DNA of 64,000 nt from the human T2T-CHM13v2.0 reference genome, Homo sapiens. Positions 14,150 through 27,693 of this stretch are shown here, one piece after another (position 1 is the stretch's first letter; each line of letters begins with the position of its first letter). Location: NCBI RefSeq assembly GCF_009914755.1, contig NC_060926.1; one strand, written 5' to 3'. Position numbers and translations under genes: made by a program. The notes below the pieces were generated by a model. The model saw only the letters and a list, made by a program, of their open reading frames with translations, made no database searches and was not told where the DNA came from.

Positions 14150-14570
14150 GTGCTGGGCTTCCCCTACCGCGCCCTGCTCCTCGCTGCTCCTCGCTACTCC
14201 CAGCCCCCAAACCCCGCAGCTGAGGACGAATGCTATGGAGTGAGATAGATGGTTGCAGGCACGAGGCGGGTGTCATGAAAGCGCCCCTTTGGCCCAGTAG
14301 CAAGCAACCCAGAAGTGTGCTTATCTTGAGCTTATTGGGGTTTCCAGGTAGGGGTCCCCTCCTCGCCTGCCTTACGCCCCAGCCCTAGAGCCCTTGGGTC
14401 CCCGCGGGCTGGGGCGGGGTTGCCTGTGCCCGGCAGGAGAAGGAGGTGGTGACGCGTCCACTCGGGCCGCCCCGCGGCTCCGCCGTCACGTGTGCCGGGG
14501 AGGGGACCACCGGGAGGTTCCCGGGCCCGCGGAGGTGGCGCGTCTGCGAGCGCCTATTTGCATATGCGTA
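14150..14570. promoter_or_regulatory. Small intragenic CpG island
   Basis: Dense CpGs (core 14360-14570), GC box GGGGCGGGG 14411, GTCACGTG 14485-14492, octamer 14556-14563. Confidence 0.7.
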
Positions 14571-16572
14571 CCCTGGATATTTATAACTTCTCTTCAGCCA
14601 GTTCCAAGTTATTGATGTCTTAAAGTGACTTTAATCTGAGCCTTCTTTTCTCCAAATGGGCTTTTGATTTCCGGAGTGATATTATACATGGCTGTAAGCT
14701 ATTGACTGAGCGATTGCCGTTGTGTTCTCAATGTGCTGATGCTGAAAATCTGCGATATAAATAAACTTCCTCTGGTAGAATCATTATAAAGCACAAGCAG
14801 CAGCAATTTATGGAAAGAACAGATTAAATGCTTAGACTTAAATTCTTCAGTGTGCTGGTTGCCCTAAACTGCTGTGTCTGGAGTTTGGGCTGCTGATTCA
14901 GGTGGAAAAAATCAAACGGACACATCGCTTGTCGGTGCATTTTTACTATGATCTATTGTGTTGCCAAAAGAGAAAGCTCAAAAGCTGCCATTGATAATCC
15001 TGGTTAAAACTTGGAACATAAATTATTAAGACGTGTAGTTTCTTTTCCGAGTGGTTGGGGACTGGGGCGCCTGGCACACTACAGAAATATAACATCAATA
15101 TGCGCTTATGCATTGTAATGCGGGACATTTTTATGCCCATAATAAAACATTGCGCCTACAACTATGTTTATGAAAGCAACAGATAGGAAGATCCGTAATG
15201 CCACTTAATAGAGTTAATCACCTCCCATCGGAACGTTTTAAAAAGCTTTTTATTGCATGTTGAAAAGCCCTGACCATGATTAATACACTGCACACTGTCA
15301 GGTGCCAATCAGATGGCTCAAGGCAGCAAAGGGAGCTTTCCAGCACACTGGGGCAGGGAGGGTTCTTGGGACTCTGTCCAGGTGTCTCAGTGCCAGGATT
15401 TTAGGTCGACATTAGCCTCTGGTTGAACTATGTCAAACATTGGGCTCTGGCTGGGGCTTTGGGTTCTAAATTTTAAGCTCTGAGCTGTGGATGTAAATTC
15501 TGAGTTTGTTCCTGTCTCTGGATTCTGGGCTTTGGACTGGCCTGGGGTCTCAACTCTAGATCCTGGGTGACCCTGAGCAAGATCACCGCACAGAACATGT
15601 TTACCCAGGGCCAGGAGGTGGGGATAGATGTTTCCTAACAGTCTTGGGTTTGTTTGCCATCAGTTTGATGAGTCCAGTTGACCATAAACCTGTATCCAGT
15701 GGGCCCTCCCTGCACCTCTCCCCTTCCAGCCAGTTTTCCACAAAGAGGAGGGCAGCACCCACGGCTGTGCCCAGGGCTGGCATGTGGGTGAGGGCCAGTC
15801 CTTCAAGACAGCAGCCTGCCATGGGACAGACCCCAGACTCATTGGCAGGGCCAACCACCAACCAGCCAGGAGGCTCCGGGGCCAATCACTCCCCTTCCCC
15901 TCCAAAGGAGATGCTTTATCTCCTTTGTCCCTTTTCCCACAACCACAGAGTGACGGGAGCCATAGGGAATCTCCCAAACAGCCTAGAAAAGCTGAGGAGG
16001 TGAAGGGCCAGCCTGAGGTAATTAAAGAATAAAATTGCCCTTTAAAAGTGCACAGAGATAGTGCTCTCCACGGCCTGGGCCTCTCTCACGTGCCTGGGTG
16101 GTGACTCGGGTGGCTGGTGGCTGAGCTAGAGCCGCTGGTACTCAGATGGAGAATGTTCTGAGTGTGAGAGCTCTTTTTCTTCCTGAAAAGTTGGACCAAC
16201 AAGAACTAGGAGTGAGGACAGTGAGGCCAGCCTGTGTATCCTGACACCACATGGCAGATTTCTCTCCACTGGACTGGAATCCACCTTGTGTTACAGCTTG
16301 AAGGGCTGGATTGCCACCAGGGGCGCAGGGCTTGGAGGGATGTGTTGTCTCCAGGGGCCCAGAGATTTCTATGCTTGAAAAGTTGCTGTCACAGGCCTTT
16401 GGTGAGACAGAATCATACCTGAACTGACTTCTGGTGCCCAATGGGACACTAGTCATTCAAATTCCATCATGGCCTGAAGGGTTTGACACCCCTCTGCCAT
16501 CTCCCTACCACCAGTACCCCTGCCAAAAGTGAGACCCATGCTTAAATGAGCTTACCTTTTCAACTAGGGAAC

Positions 16573-16977
16573 TGTCCTGGTCCATTTTGCATTGCTCTAA
16601 AGGAAGACCTAAGGCTGGGTAATTTATAAAGAAAAGAGGTTGATTTGGCTCATGGTTCTGCAGGCTGTACGGGAAGCATGGCACCAGCATCTGCTTCTTT
16701 GGAGGCCTCAGGCAGCTTCCACTCATGGTGGAGAGCAGAGGGGAGCAGGCATCACAAGGTGAGGGCAGACAGAAGAGAGAGGGAAGGGGCACCATGCTTC
16801 TTTAAACAACCAGGCCTAGCATGAGCTAATAGACGGAGAGGCCTCTCATGACCGTGAGAGCTGCACCAAGCTATTCACCAGGGGTCCGCACCCATAACCC
16901 AGACACCTCCCACCAGGCCCCACCGCCAACACATTTCCACATGAGATTTGGAGGGGACAAATATCCAAACCATATCA
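16573..16977 (-). mobile_element. MaLR solo LTR (MSTB/MSTA-like)
   Basis: TG...CA termini; ctgggtaatttataaagaaaagagg, gagatttggaggggacaaatatccaaaccatatca. TSD ggaac/agaac. Confidence 0.92.
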
Positions 16978-18394
16978 AGAACCTTTTCCAAATATGAGCT
17001 GTATGCTGGGTCCATGGGGGACACTGTCCATTCTTGCCCTCTTAGAGATGAGTACCTTGGTGGGACAGGCCCACACCTCACCCCAAGTTGTAAAGTCACA
17101 AGGACAACTGGAGAAAATATTGAGGCATAGGTGTTGTGGAGGAAAAACTCATTCTATGCATCAGTCAACAAAAATGTACTGAGCACCTACCCTGCACAAC
17201 AAACCAAACTCCCTGCCCTCAGGGGGCTCATATTTGAGCTCCCCAAAGCCTCCCAAATGATGACGGCATCCACATCCCAGATGCAGCAACTAGAGAAATC
17301 ACAAGTTGCGTGTGCGTTTTCCAAGGCCGCCTAAGACAAGCTGAGCGAGGATCCCCAAAACCAGGGCAGGGGTCTCGGGTGGATCTTCAGAGCCACATCC
17401 CAACCCCCTTGCCAAGCTCCCTCCACCCCAGGCAGCAACTAGGGCAGTGTGCCCAGCCTCGGCTTGGGGAGGACACTATAGTGTGCGGTGACCTGTGGGA
17501 AGAGAGCAGTTCCTCTCAGTCTTTCTCGGGGACCAAGGCCAAAAGCCAGCAGGTTGCAGAAGTTGCTTATCCTGGAGGCAACAAAGCAAGGGTGCCTTGA
17601 AGTTATGGAGACCATGACTGTTCCGCAAAGCCCGGCAGAAGGGGTTGCAAATGAGGGCTGGATATGCAAGGAGAGTCCATTGAGGAAATGTGCATGGGGC
17701 ACTCACCTCTGATCGTGACTGAGCGAGTTTCCTTCTGAAGTCCAGTGCCTCCTGCTTTATGAAAGTGAGCTGTAGGGTGTGGTCAGGCAGACAGCGCATG
17801 TGGAGCACCCAAGATCAAGTGCTCAGCCACAGGCTGGCCCACCCAGACTGGCACAGAGGTAAAGGCAGCCCGACCCTCTGTGGTCACAGCTGTCCTCCCA
17901 GCAGCTATAAGGCACCTGGCAGTTGCCAGGGCCCTTCTCTCTGTGCCCAGCCCTGGTGGCCTTGGAGTGCCTACTGGGCAGTTGCTCCCAATCCCTCCCT
18001 GGCCAGTGGCCTTGAGAGAGCCCTGAGTCCTGAGTGAGTAGGGGAGGGGGCTGTGGTGGGCAGAGTCAGGCTCAGTGAGGTTCCCTGGGGGACTTCTGGG
18101 ATGAGTTTGCTAATAGAGATGTCTGTTCTGGGAGGTCGTGATACCACCTGTCATTAACCCGGGCACTCTGCCCGGGGTTCTCACCAAGAATTCATAGGTG
18201 GCTGCTTGCAGGCGGGTGAGTGATTTGCAAGGACCACAAGAATATTTGCATAAACATATGCATGGAAGTGTGTATTTATTTGCATTCATTTGCATAAATT
18301 GCTGGCTCTTTGAGCTGTCGTTCCTTAATTTTATTTTTTTCAGTAAATTTCTTTGCGCTCTGAGCACAGATCCGGACACTTTGGGAGTGAGAAC

Positions 18395-18500
18395 AAAAAG
18401 GCAAAAACATACTCTTGAATCAGAAACTTGTGGGGTGAAGCCTGAGCCTCAGTATGTTTTTAAAGCCTCCAGGTGAGCCCAGTACACAGGCCAGGAACCA
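18395..18500. mobile_element. MER5-like hAT-Charlie fragment
   Basis: tgaatcagaaacttgtggggtg...tgtttttaaagcctccaggtga. Confidence 0.5.
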
Positions 18501-21500
18501 ATGTGAGACAGGACAGGCCTATGGCAGATGTCAGATCAGATCAGCCTCCCTCCTCTGGGCAGGTCACCTCACTGCACCTCTCCCAAAACTCAAAAGCAAT
18601 GAGGACTGTGAAGTGCCAGTGCCAGCGCCAGCACGTGGTGATCACCCAGCAAGTGCTCACCAGGCCCTGCTCAGCGTCACCACCACTGCACGGTGCCATC
18701 CTGTGTAGACCCGGCTGCTCCTCCTGGCCCTGCCACCCAGGGCCCTGGACTCCACCCCTAGGACCCTGAGTTCATGGATAGTGCGTGCTCCACCCTGGGG
18801 CCCGGGGTCTGTTCTATCTGAGGCACACGGTCATTTCTCCTTCGAGGTGACTTCCAGGTTGACAGTTCCATCACTGCCCAGATGCCTGGGAAATGTATGC
18901 TTGTGATCGGGAGACCACCCAGCCCCGCCGTCCTCCCTCTGTTCCTCTTTCCAGGCCAGGAGCGGGCCAGGCACTGAGGCTTGCAGGCTTTTGCTTTCCC
19001 TGGTAGGCGCTGCCGAGGGAAGAAGAACACTGGATTTCTGGAAATGCCTAAAGCACTTCAGTTCAGTTGTTGCCACGGTCCTGCCCCTCTCTGCGTTATT
19101 TTTTTCTCCTCCTCCCTGTTTGACGTCTTCCCTCCATCGTCCCGCACCCAGCTGGCCCAACTGTAGCATCCCTGGTCACTCTGTGCTTCCCTACCTTGAG
19201 TCTCTGCTTGTGGATAGCCCTTCCTGCATGGCTGGTGGCTCAAACCCTGTCCATTCAAGACCCAGCTCAGTGCCGTCTATCCCACAGCATCTTCTCCAAG
19301 CCAGCACCTGTTTCCCTCAATCACTCATTCAGACCTTACCTGAAACCTACCTGAGGCCAGAAGCTATGCCAGGCACTGGGGTGCAGAGACTAGTCAGATG
19401 CAGGCTCTGCTTTTGAGAGCTTTCCTGAGGAGTGAGAGCTTTTCGGAGTGGGGAGCAAGTCCATGACTGCCCCCACCCCAGCACCTACCTTTGCACCCCT
19501 GTCGAACAGGTGCACCACATTGGAGGATGCTGCTCAGAGCAATGTTGCAGACCTTGGTAACGGGAGACAGAACAGTCATACCTCGGCCTGCAGAAGTCCA
19601 GGGAGGAGGGAAGTAGTTTCAGAAGTTCCAGGGGCAGAGGGGAACAGATAGGAGCTGAGGGGGCAGCTTCTGGTGGCAGCCGAGGTGGCCAAGCCCACTC
19701 CTCTCCTGGATCCACCTTTGCTGGGACAGGCGAGGTTCTTCCTGGAACCTCAGGGAGCCCCAGAGCTTGGTTTGCAGACCCTCCTGATCCCCCAGGCCAG
19801 CCAGGCCTGGCTGCAGCCCCCACTCACCCAGACCCTCAGAGGTGCATGGTCCCCACTGCTGCTCCATCAAGGCCCCTCAGGGCCACCCTCAGTCCCTTCC
19901 CCTCACCTCCACCCTCCAGAGGCAGCACCCACCCCGAGAGAGAGCCAGCCTGGGCCTCCACAGCAGAGTGTGGGAGCCCAGAGAGCCCGGAAGTGGCACA
20001 GCAGGGGCAGCGTTATTCATCACCGAGGCTGAGCTGAGCAGGAAGGCCGTGGCCCATGGTGGGCCGAGCAGCACCTTCCTCATCCCTGGGCCGGGGGCTG
20101 TGGAGTCTAGGAGGACCTGGTCCTGTGTGACCACAGGGGACCGCAGACTCAGCTGATGACGACCCCCACGCGGCCAGGCTTCAGCATCTCAGTGCCCCCA
20201 GGCCAGGAAGGCGTCTCTCTTCCCATTTGGTCAGGGTCATTCACTCAGCCAGCAGACACCTCTCTGCCCCTGCTGGGTGCTCAGTGCTGGGAGTCCCTGT
20301 CCATGAGCCACCCCTGGTCCAGAGAGAAGTAAACAGACTCAGCAGAGTGCTGAGCCAAGTGTGATGGGACCACAGAGTGGCAGCTGATCTTACCGAATGG
20401 GTAGATGTTTTCTGAACGAGGGCGAAGGAATTCCCTGGCAGAGGGAATAGCCTAGGTGCCACCCTCCTCTTCCAGGCTCCCACGCAGCCTCCGTTTCCCT
20501 TCCACACAGTCCTGCCCCACAGAGTAGATAACTGTACATGCAGAGAAGACTCCCTAGGGCAGAAAGCCAGATTGTTGCATCACTTCTGCCCCCTGCACAG
20601 GGCCCGGCACACAGTGGGGGCTCCCTGAGTGCTGGGTACCCCGTGAGCAGCACCCGTGGCCCGTGCTGGACACAGCCTGTTGGGGAGACTGGTCCTTCTC
20701 AGCGTTTGTGTTCACGTAGGGGATGGTCCCCCCTCTGTGTGGCTGCCCTGCCACCCCCAGTCAGCCTCTGAGCACAGTGGCCGGTGCCCAGCTCATTTAG
20801 AGCTGAGGCCCCCAGAACCCAGGGCTGCAGCCGAGTACACAGGCCTGGCCCCGCCAGCGCAGGACAGCAACTCTTGGGTAACTGTGTCCATTGGATTTGT
20901 AAAAACAGGGCCGTGGTATTATCACAGAATCTGGTAGGTTCTGCTTCCAAGAAAAACAGACTGTCAAGTTAAATACATGTGGGTAGGGACCCAAGCAGAG
21001 AGGGGTGTCAGTAAAGCCAGAAGCTCAGCTGAAATGGTAGGGACCCATGAAAAGTCCCATGCAGGGAGAATTGAGCCAGAAGGCCCCAGAGCATGGGCCG
21101 TGTGCCCAGTTAGGCCTCTCCTTCCTGCATCTGGGTTCTCAGGCGTGTAGATCGTCACGTGGAGCCCAGTGAGTGCCAGAGGCTGCACAGGGCTCTGGGA
21201 ATATCGGGGGAGGGAAAGGCGGCGGCTCCACCTACCTGAGCTCGCGGGCTAACTGGAAGACAGGATTCAGCAGGCAAAGATCACACACCCAGGAGGAGGG
21301 ATTGGCCTGGGACGCAGGGAGACCAGGCACAACCTGGGGGTTGGGAGGACGGGGGTGTCAGTACAGCCCACCTGTTGGTCCTTTCTGGGACCTCATGAGA
21401 CCAGGCCGGGTGCCTCCTCACAAGCTGGGGCACGACTGGACTCGCCGACCGGTGTGATGGGCAGGGGGGTGTGCTGGGCACCGTGCCTGCTACACAGGGG

Positions 21501-21975
21501 CACCGAAGCAGTGTTCCACCCTTGGCAGGATGAGGGGCTGACTCCCAACTGTTGCATGGTCCCCCCAACCCCCAGGCCTGACATAGGCCTCCTAAGGCAG
21601 AACTGACTCCCTGACTCTGTGCCAGGGCCTGCGGCGGGGGGCTGATCACCTGGAGGGCACAATTCCACTTTTCTTCTTTCATGCCTATTAAGATTTTCTA
21701 ATATTCCTCTAATGATGTGGAGATTAATTGTATAATTTTAAAAGATCGTTAGAAATATGAAAAACTAGAAATGACTCTTGGGCTTTTACCTCCCCTGAAA
21801 TGGCAGGAGGCAGACATGTTGCCCTAAACTGACCCGGGCCAGGTTGGGCAGGAGGGGTGGGCCCAGAGAACCAGGGGCAGACCTGGTTCTTCCAGGGTCT
21901 TCCTCCTGGAAGACCATGAAGGGCACAGAGTGGGCAGAGAAGGGAGGGGTCTCTACACACATGCACGCGCGCGCG

Positions 21976-21977
<2 letters not shown>

Positions 21978-22041
<64 letters not shown>
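21978..22041. repeat. (CT)32 microsatellite
   Basis: Perfect dinucleotide run read directly from the sequence. Confidence 0.98.
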
Positions 22042-22044
<3 letters not shown>

Positions 22045-24179
22045 CCTCCCTCCCTCCCCCCCCCAACCTCCTCCCTTCCCTCCTAACCTCACATCCTCCC
22101 AGCTGTGACTCCTCCCTGGATTCGCAGTGTTCTGAGCTGTCATTAGCTCCTGGCATCTGGGGTTTCCATTTCATTTCCCTCTTTACCTAGGTAACTAAAC
22201 TGATTGTACTCCTGGCTCTGGTTCACTAATTCTTGCAAATCCTTTAAAACTATTTATTTATTTGCTGGAACTGTGGCTCTCAGAATTCTTGGGAAGTAAT
22301 GGCTTTTACTGGAGCAGGAGGAGGAGACTCGTGTTCTCCCATCTCCTTGTGGCTCTCTGCTGCCTGCCCCATGCCCAGTTCTCTCTGCGTCTCTTTCCAC
22401 TCCTTCTCTGAGCCGGCCCGTCACCTGCTGCAGGTGGCTGACTTTCCCAAAGCCGTAGCTGACCAGATCTTGGAAAGATTAGGTCTCCAGGAAGAACACA
22501 ACAAAGCGAGGTTTCATGAGCACAAAGGAATTTAGGCTTTGGGTTTGCATCTGTGGCTGTTGGGCTCCTCATCCCTTATGGAGGAATACCATTTCCTCGT
22601 CCAGGTGCCTGTGACCCTTCTATTTCCAAAGCACACCGTTCCTGTGGGTCTGCAGCTTTGGATGCAGAAGCCCTGAGGCTGCTCACTCGGCCTTTTCCCA
22701 GCCAGCCCCTCCCTACACCCCACAACAGCTGTCCACCCAGCTCCCTAGGACCCCCAGTGGAGGCCAGCCAGCCGGGGCCTCCGAATGGAAAGAGAGTAGG
22801 AGGTGGTCTCATGAGTAGATGCAGAGCCAGCCACTTCTGGAACCTAGGGCTGCCCACTGGCTGGGGATGGAGGGCAGCGGGCTCCCAGGGGAGACTGCGC
22901 CCATGTAGGACGCCAGGGGGACTGTCTCTGTGACGGGCCTGGCTGCACTGCCTCCATTCCTGCCCCAATTCCCAGCCTCATTCCCCAACCTCCAATACAT
23001 ACCTTTCTGCTTCGCTGACAGAGCTGGGTCCTGTGGTTGGCATCCCAGGCCCTGACTGGGACAGACACATGGATATGTCAGGCCTATGATAAATGCGACT
23101 TATGGCAGAGCCTGCCCAGGCCCTGGGGGAGCATAGCTTTGCAAGTTCATCACGGCCACCATGGCCATCACTGTCTTTGCATTCCTTCCTGGAACTTTGA
23201 AGTCCAGGGCCAGAGCACCCAACCGGCCAAGTCCAGGCCTCATGGCCACACACCAGCTACCAGGGAGCTACCTCCCCTGGGCCCCCACAGTGACATGGCC
23301 CAGATCCCCCCATCTTGGGATTGTCCCCAGTAGGAAGGGGTTCCAGTGCTGAGCAGCCAAACTCACCTCCGTCCACTCCAGTGGCTCCTTCCCCATCAGA
23401 CTTGAGCTCCTTGGGGACAGAAAGTGGTTTCCTCTTCATGGTCCAGGCCTGGCATGAAGGAGGCCTGTAAATATGCACTGAGGTGCTGAGCTAGTCGATT
23501 CAGAGTGACATGCCCCCCTCATATGTGTCTGGTTCTCCACTGGAGACAGCCAGCAGTCGCTCCACAGCCCTGCACTTCCTGGCCCCACTCCCGGTCCCTC
23601 AGCCCTGGCCACCCACCCCTCCTTCCTCATAAGGCCTCTAGCACCACAGCTGACCATCCCTGCAGCTCTCTCATCCAGCTCCTCACTGTGGGCACCTATG
23701 TCCACACTGAGCTGCGTGCTCCCCTGGGACAGGAGCTGTCTTGCTCACCTCTTGCCCCCGCCTCTGCAGCTCTCACCTCACCCCAGCTCCAGGTGTCGGC
23801 CCGGTGTCCTGTGCCTTGTGGGCACCTGATGATATGCTTTGGGTGCTTGCCTACGGCCTGGGAAATTCAGACGAGGGGTCAGAAAGGGCTGGAATGGCAG
23901 GGGGCAGCCCAGAAGAAGGGAGCTCATGATGGTGTGAGAAAGAAAGCCCCAAGCCAGGGGAGCATGGGGAGGTGGGCCCGTGCGTGCAGGGTCAGGCCAC
24001 TCGCGGCTGCTTTCCAGCAACCTTTTCAGTGTCAGAGACAAAGCTGATGCTCTCAGCCTCCCTCATGAAATCCACCAGTGGCCTCCAGCCTGCTAGGGGA
24101 AAAAGATGATGGGTTGGTTTGCTTGTTTCACTGTCAGATACAGGTTTGCCTTGATCTGCAGCTTTTCCCTCTGCTTCTC

Positions 24180-25000
24180 ACATGCCAGGCCTCATGCTCA
24201 CACACACATACACAAGGGCACAGACACGCGCCCATGCCACATGCTGTCTCACACACACATCTACACAGACACAGGCACAGACACACACCCACACCACGTG
24301 CTCACATGCACTATACACAAGAGGACACACTCCCACACCACGTGCTCACATGCACTGTACACAAGAGGACACACATACACCCATCCTCACACTTGCATAC
24401 ACACAGACACATACACAGGGTGCATGCACACGTCCACACCACGTGCTTGCATGTACATACACATACAGGCACGTACACACCCCCACACCACATGCTGTCT
24501 CTCTCTCACACATACACACATGGGCACATTCACAGGGATGCATACACGCCCCCACACCACATGCTTCCATACACATATGCATACATGAGGGCACATACAC
24601 ACGCCCATGCCACATGCTCACACACATACATGGGCACATACACAGGGGTGCATACACACCCATACCACCTCCTCTCACACACACACATACACACACACCC
24701 CTACACAGACACATACACAGGGGTGCATACACACACCCATGCCACATCCTCTCTCTCACACACACACACCCCTACACAGGCACATACACGGGGTGCATGC
24801 ACACACCCACACAACATGCTCTCACACTCACATACACATACATTAGCACACAGGGGTGCATACACACGCCCTCCATGTTTGCACACACCATATGTTCACA
24901 CCCACACCTTTGTACCCACATGCTCAAACACACACGTAGATACACATGCATGCACACACACTCACAACCATGTGTGCACACAGCACATGCCAGCCACACC
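24180..25000. repeat. Degenerate CA-rich simple repeat
   Basis: About 800 bp of cacaca/catgc/cataca with a recurring cacaggggtgcatacacac motif. Confidence 0.95.
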
Positions 25001-27211
25001 AGTGACCTTCAGTCCCTAACATGGCCCTCTCACACCTCAGCCTGTGTTCACATCTCACCCCTGCAGCCAGCTGGGGCGCTCCTGCTCACCTTTTGAGTCT
25101 TCCCTTGACTCCGTCAGGAAGAACCAGCCATCCCCTCCTCGGTGCCACCTCTGCCCAGCACTTGCCCCGGTCAGACTCCTCTCACAGGGCATTCCAAGTA
25201 CACAAACGCTCTGTGAGTGTGTCTCCCTTTAAACTGTGAGCTCCCCAGCTCTGCACACGTGCCGATTTCCATGTGACCCCAACACCCGCCCCTCCCCCCG
25301 CCAGTACCTGGCACACAGGAAACAGCAGTTTAATGAATAAACAAAGGGGCCAAACAGACACAAGCCATCTGAGGTTCCCAGAACTTGGGGTCTGAGTCTG
25401 CCTCTGAAGGAGGATGTCAGGGCCCCAGCCTCATTCAGCGGTGGACATGGTCAGCTGCTCCAGGGCACCCTCGAACCCCTATAGAGCTCCCCTGGCATTC
25501 TGCCCTGACCCCAGGGCACTCAGAGCTCTCCAAGGTGCTGAACTTGTCTCTTGCCTCTGGCCCCAACTATCTATCCTGGCTTCTTCAATCCCTCCAGCCA
25601 AGAACCACCCCATCTTCCAAGAGCCTACCTCCAGTGGAAAAGCAGCAGCACCTCTGAATAAATAACACTGTAGACAAAACACAGTTCTTCCACATGAAGA
25701 CATGGAGGGCTATGAGCACAGGAGGAGGAGTGAGACCCACCCACCCTCACCCCCACCCCAGACATTGGATTCAGTTCAGTTTCTGGGGCCAGACTCGAGT
25801 CTCTCTTCTGGCCCTGAGGACCAAGGCACCTCAGGACACCCCACTCCCTGGTAACAAGTTCTAACCCCTGGTGGGGCCAACTACCTCATAAAAGGACGGT
25901 AGGGCCACCCTGCCCCTAAATGCCTCCCCCTCTGTCTGCTCCCATCTGCCTTGGCCCTCACCTGGCCCTCCCCCAGCCCACCTTCAGGCTTCCAGTCCCC
26001 ACAGAGCTCTTCCAGGTCCTGCCTTGACTCCCCTGGATGTTTAATTCCCCACACAAAGTCCTCTCCACCTCTGGCTCTGGCCACTCCAGAGCTCTTCACA
26101 CCACTGGCCTTGACCCTGTTTCTCACCCAAGTCTCCCAAGCCCTGGCCTTCTCCCAAGGTCTCTCGGCCCTGCCTGCACCCCATGACATGTTCTTCCTCT
26201 CCCGCTCGGAATATTCCCATCACCCCTCGGCCTCCATCCTCCAAGCAGGGGAAGGAGCCAAGTAGCAACCTTTTTGCTGGAGGCAGGAGGGACTACGTGC
26301 TGCTAGTGTCAACCAAACCAGGCACTTACTCCAGCTGCAGCCATGGAATTTGCCCATGGCCTTCCCTGCTCAGCCCAGGACCCACCCCCACCTCTGCAAT
26401 GCCCACCCTCTGGCCAGGTTCCTTGGGCTGGGATGGGGTCCTGACACTCTGCCCCCTGTCCTCCTCCGTTCCTTCCTAAACAAGAGACTGTACCCTTTGA
26501 CTCCTACTCTGAGCCCACAAGGCATGAACTGTCCATGAAAATGATCTGTTCTTGGTTTTTGTTTGGGTAGATCTTATGATCCGGGCAGCTGGGACCCAAA
26601 GCTTGGAGAGAACCCTGTTCTGCAGAGCGACCTCAAGGGCTCCAGGCTGCACCTGTGTTTGGTGGCTGCTGGGGTGGTCACTTCTTCCCAGGAAGGCCAT
26701 TTAAGGCTCTTCAAAGCCATTGGAGCTGAACAGAATAATTAAATCTCTCCCCAAGGAGGACCTAAATAATTAATGTGCCAATGCTTTAGCAACTGTAGAT
26801 TGCATACGAAGCGCAGGGTTATCGCCGTTATTAGCACCAGTGTTGCCTGAAGTTAGAGGGGCTTGACTTTTACATTCTGTCCATCCGATTCCACACAACT
26901 GTGGTATTTCAAATAGTTCCAGTGGATCACATTTGGGGGAATGGGATCTAACCCCCTAGCACGCATCTGCATGTGGTCTGTAACCCACAATGAATTCCAA
27001 TCAGAAGGGAACTTTTTGTGCAAAACATGGCGCCAGGTGCTCAGGAGGCCAGAGAGAAAAGCCCTCCAGAAGATCACAAATTAGAAAGGAGACAGACAGA
27101 CAGACATTCCTCTGTAATAAGGCAGCCAAGGGTCTCTACTCCAATAGAGGTACCAAGTCTCATGGGACCACAGGAGAGAGTGAAGTTAATGGCAACTGAG
27201 GGAATCTGTAA

Positions 27212-27530
<319 letters not shown>

Positions 27531-27558
27531 GAGGATGGGATTTTAAGTGAGGCTTACA

Positions 27559-27693
27559 GCCAGCCATGGTGGCTCACACCTGTAATCCCAATGCTTTGAG
27601 AAGCCAAGCCAGGAGAATCACTTGAGGTCAGGAGTTTGAGATCAGCCTGAGCAACATGGCGAGACCCTGTCTCTACAAAATAATAACAATAAT
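27559..27693 (+). mobile_element. Alu left monomer (FLAM_C-like)
   Basis: Single monomer with an A-rich tail. TSD gtgaggctta on both sides. Confidence 0.9.

Noticed and set aside
19485-20156. Cluster of Pro-rich ORFs, considered as an upstream KLHL29 exon
   Set aside because: Does not match the KLHL29 N-terminus as I recall it, and has no convincing splice-site pair.
21724-22190. (RE)n and (SL)n ORFs
   Set aside because: Produced by the (CT)32 microsatellite.
24078-25096. 313-aa and 304-aa His/Thr-rich ORFs
   Set aside because: Translation of a CA-rich simple repeat that lacks stop codons; no coding signature.
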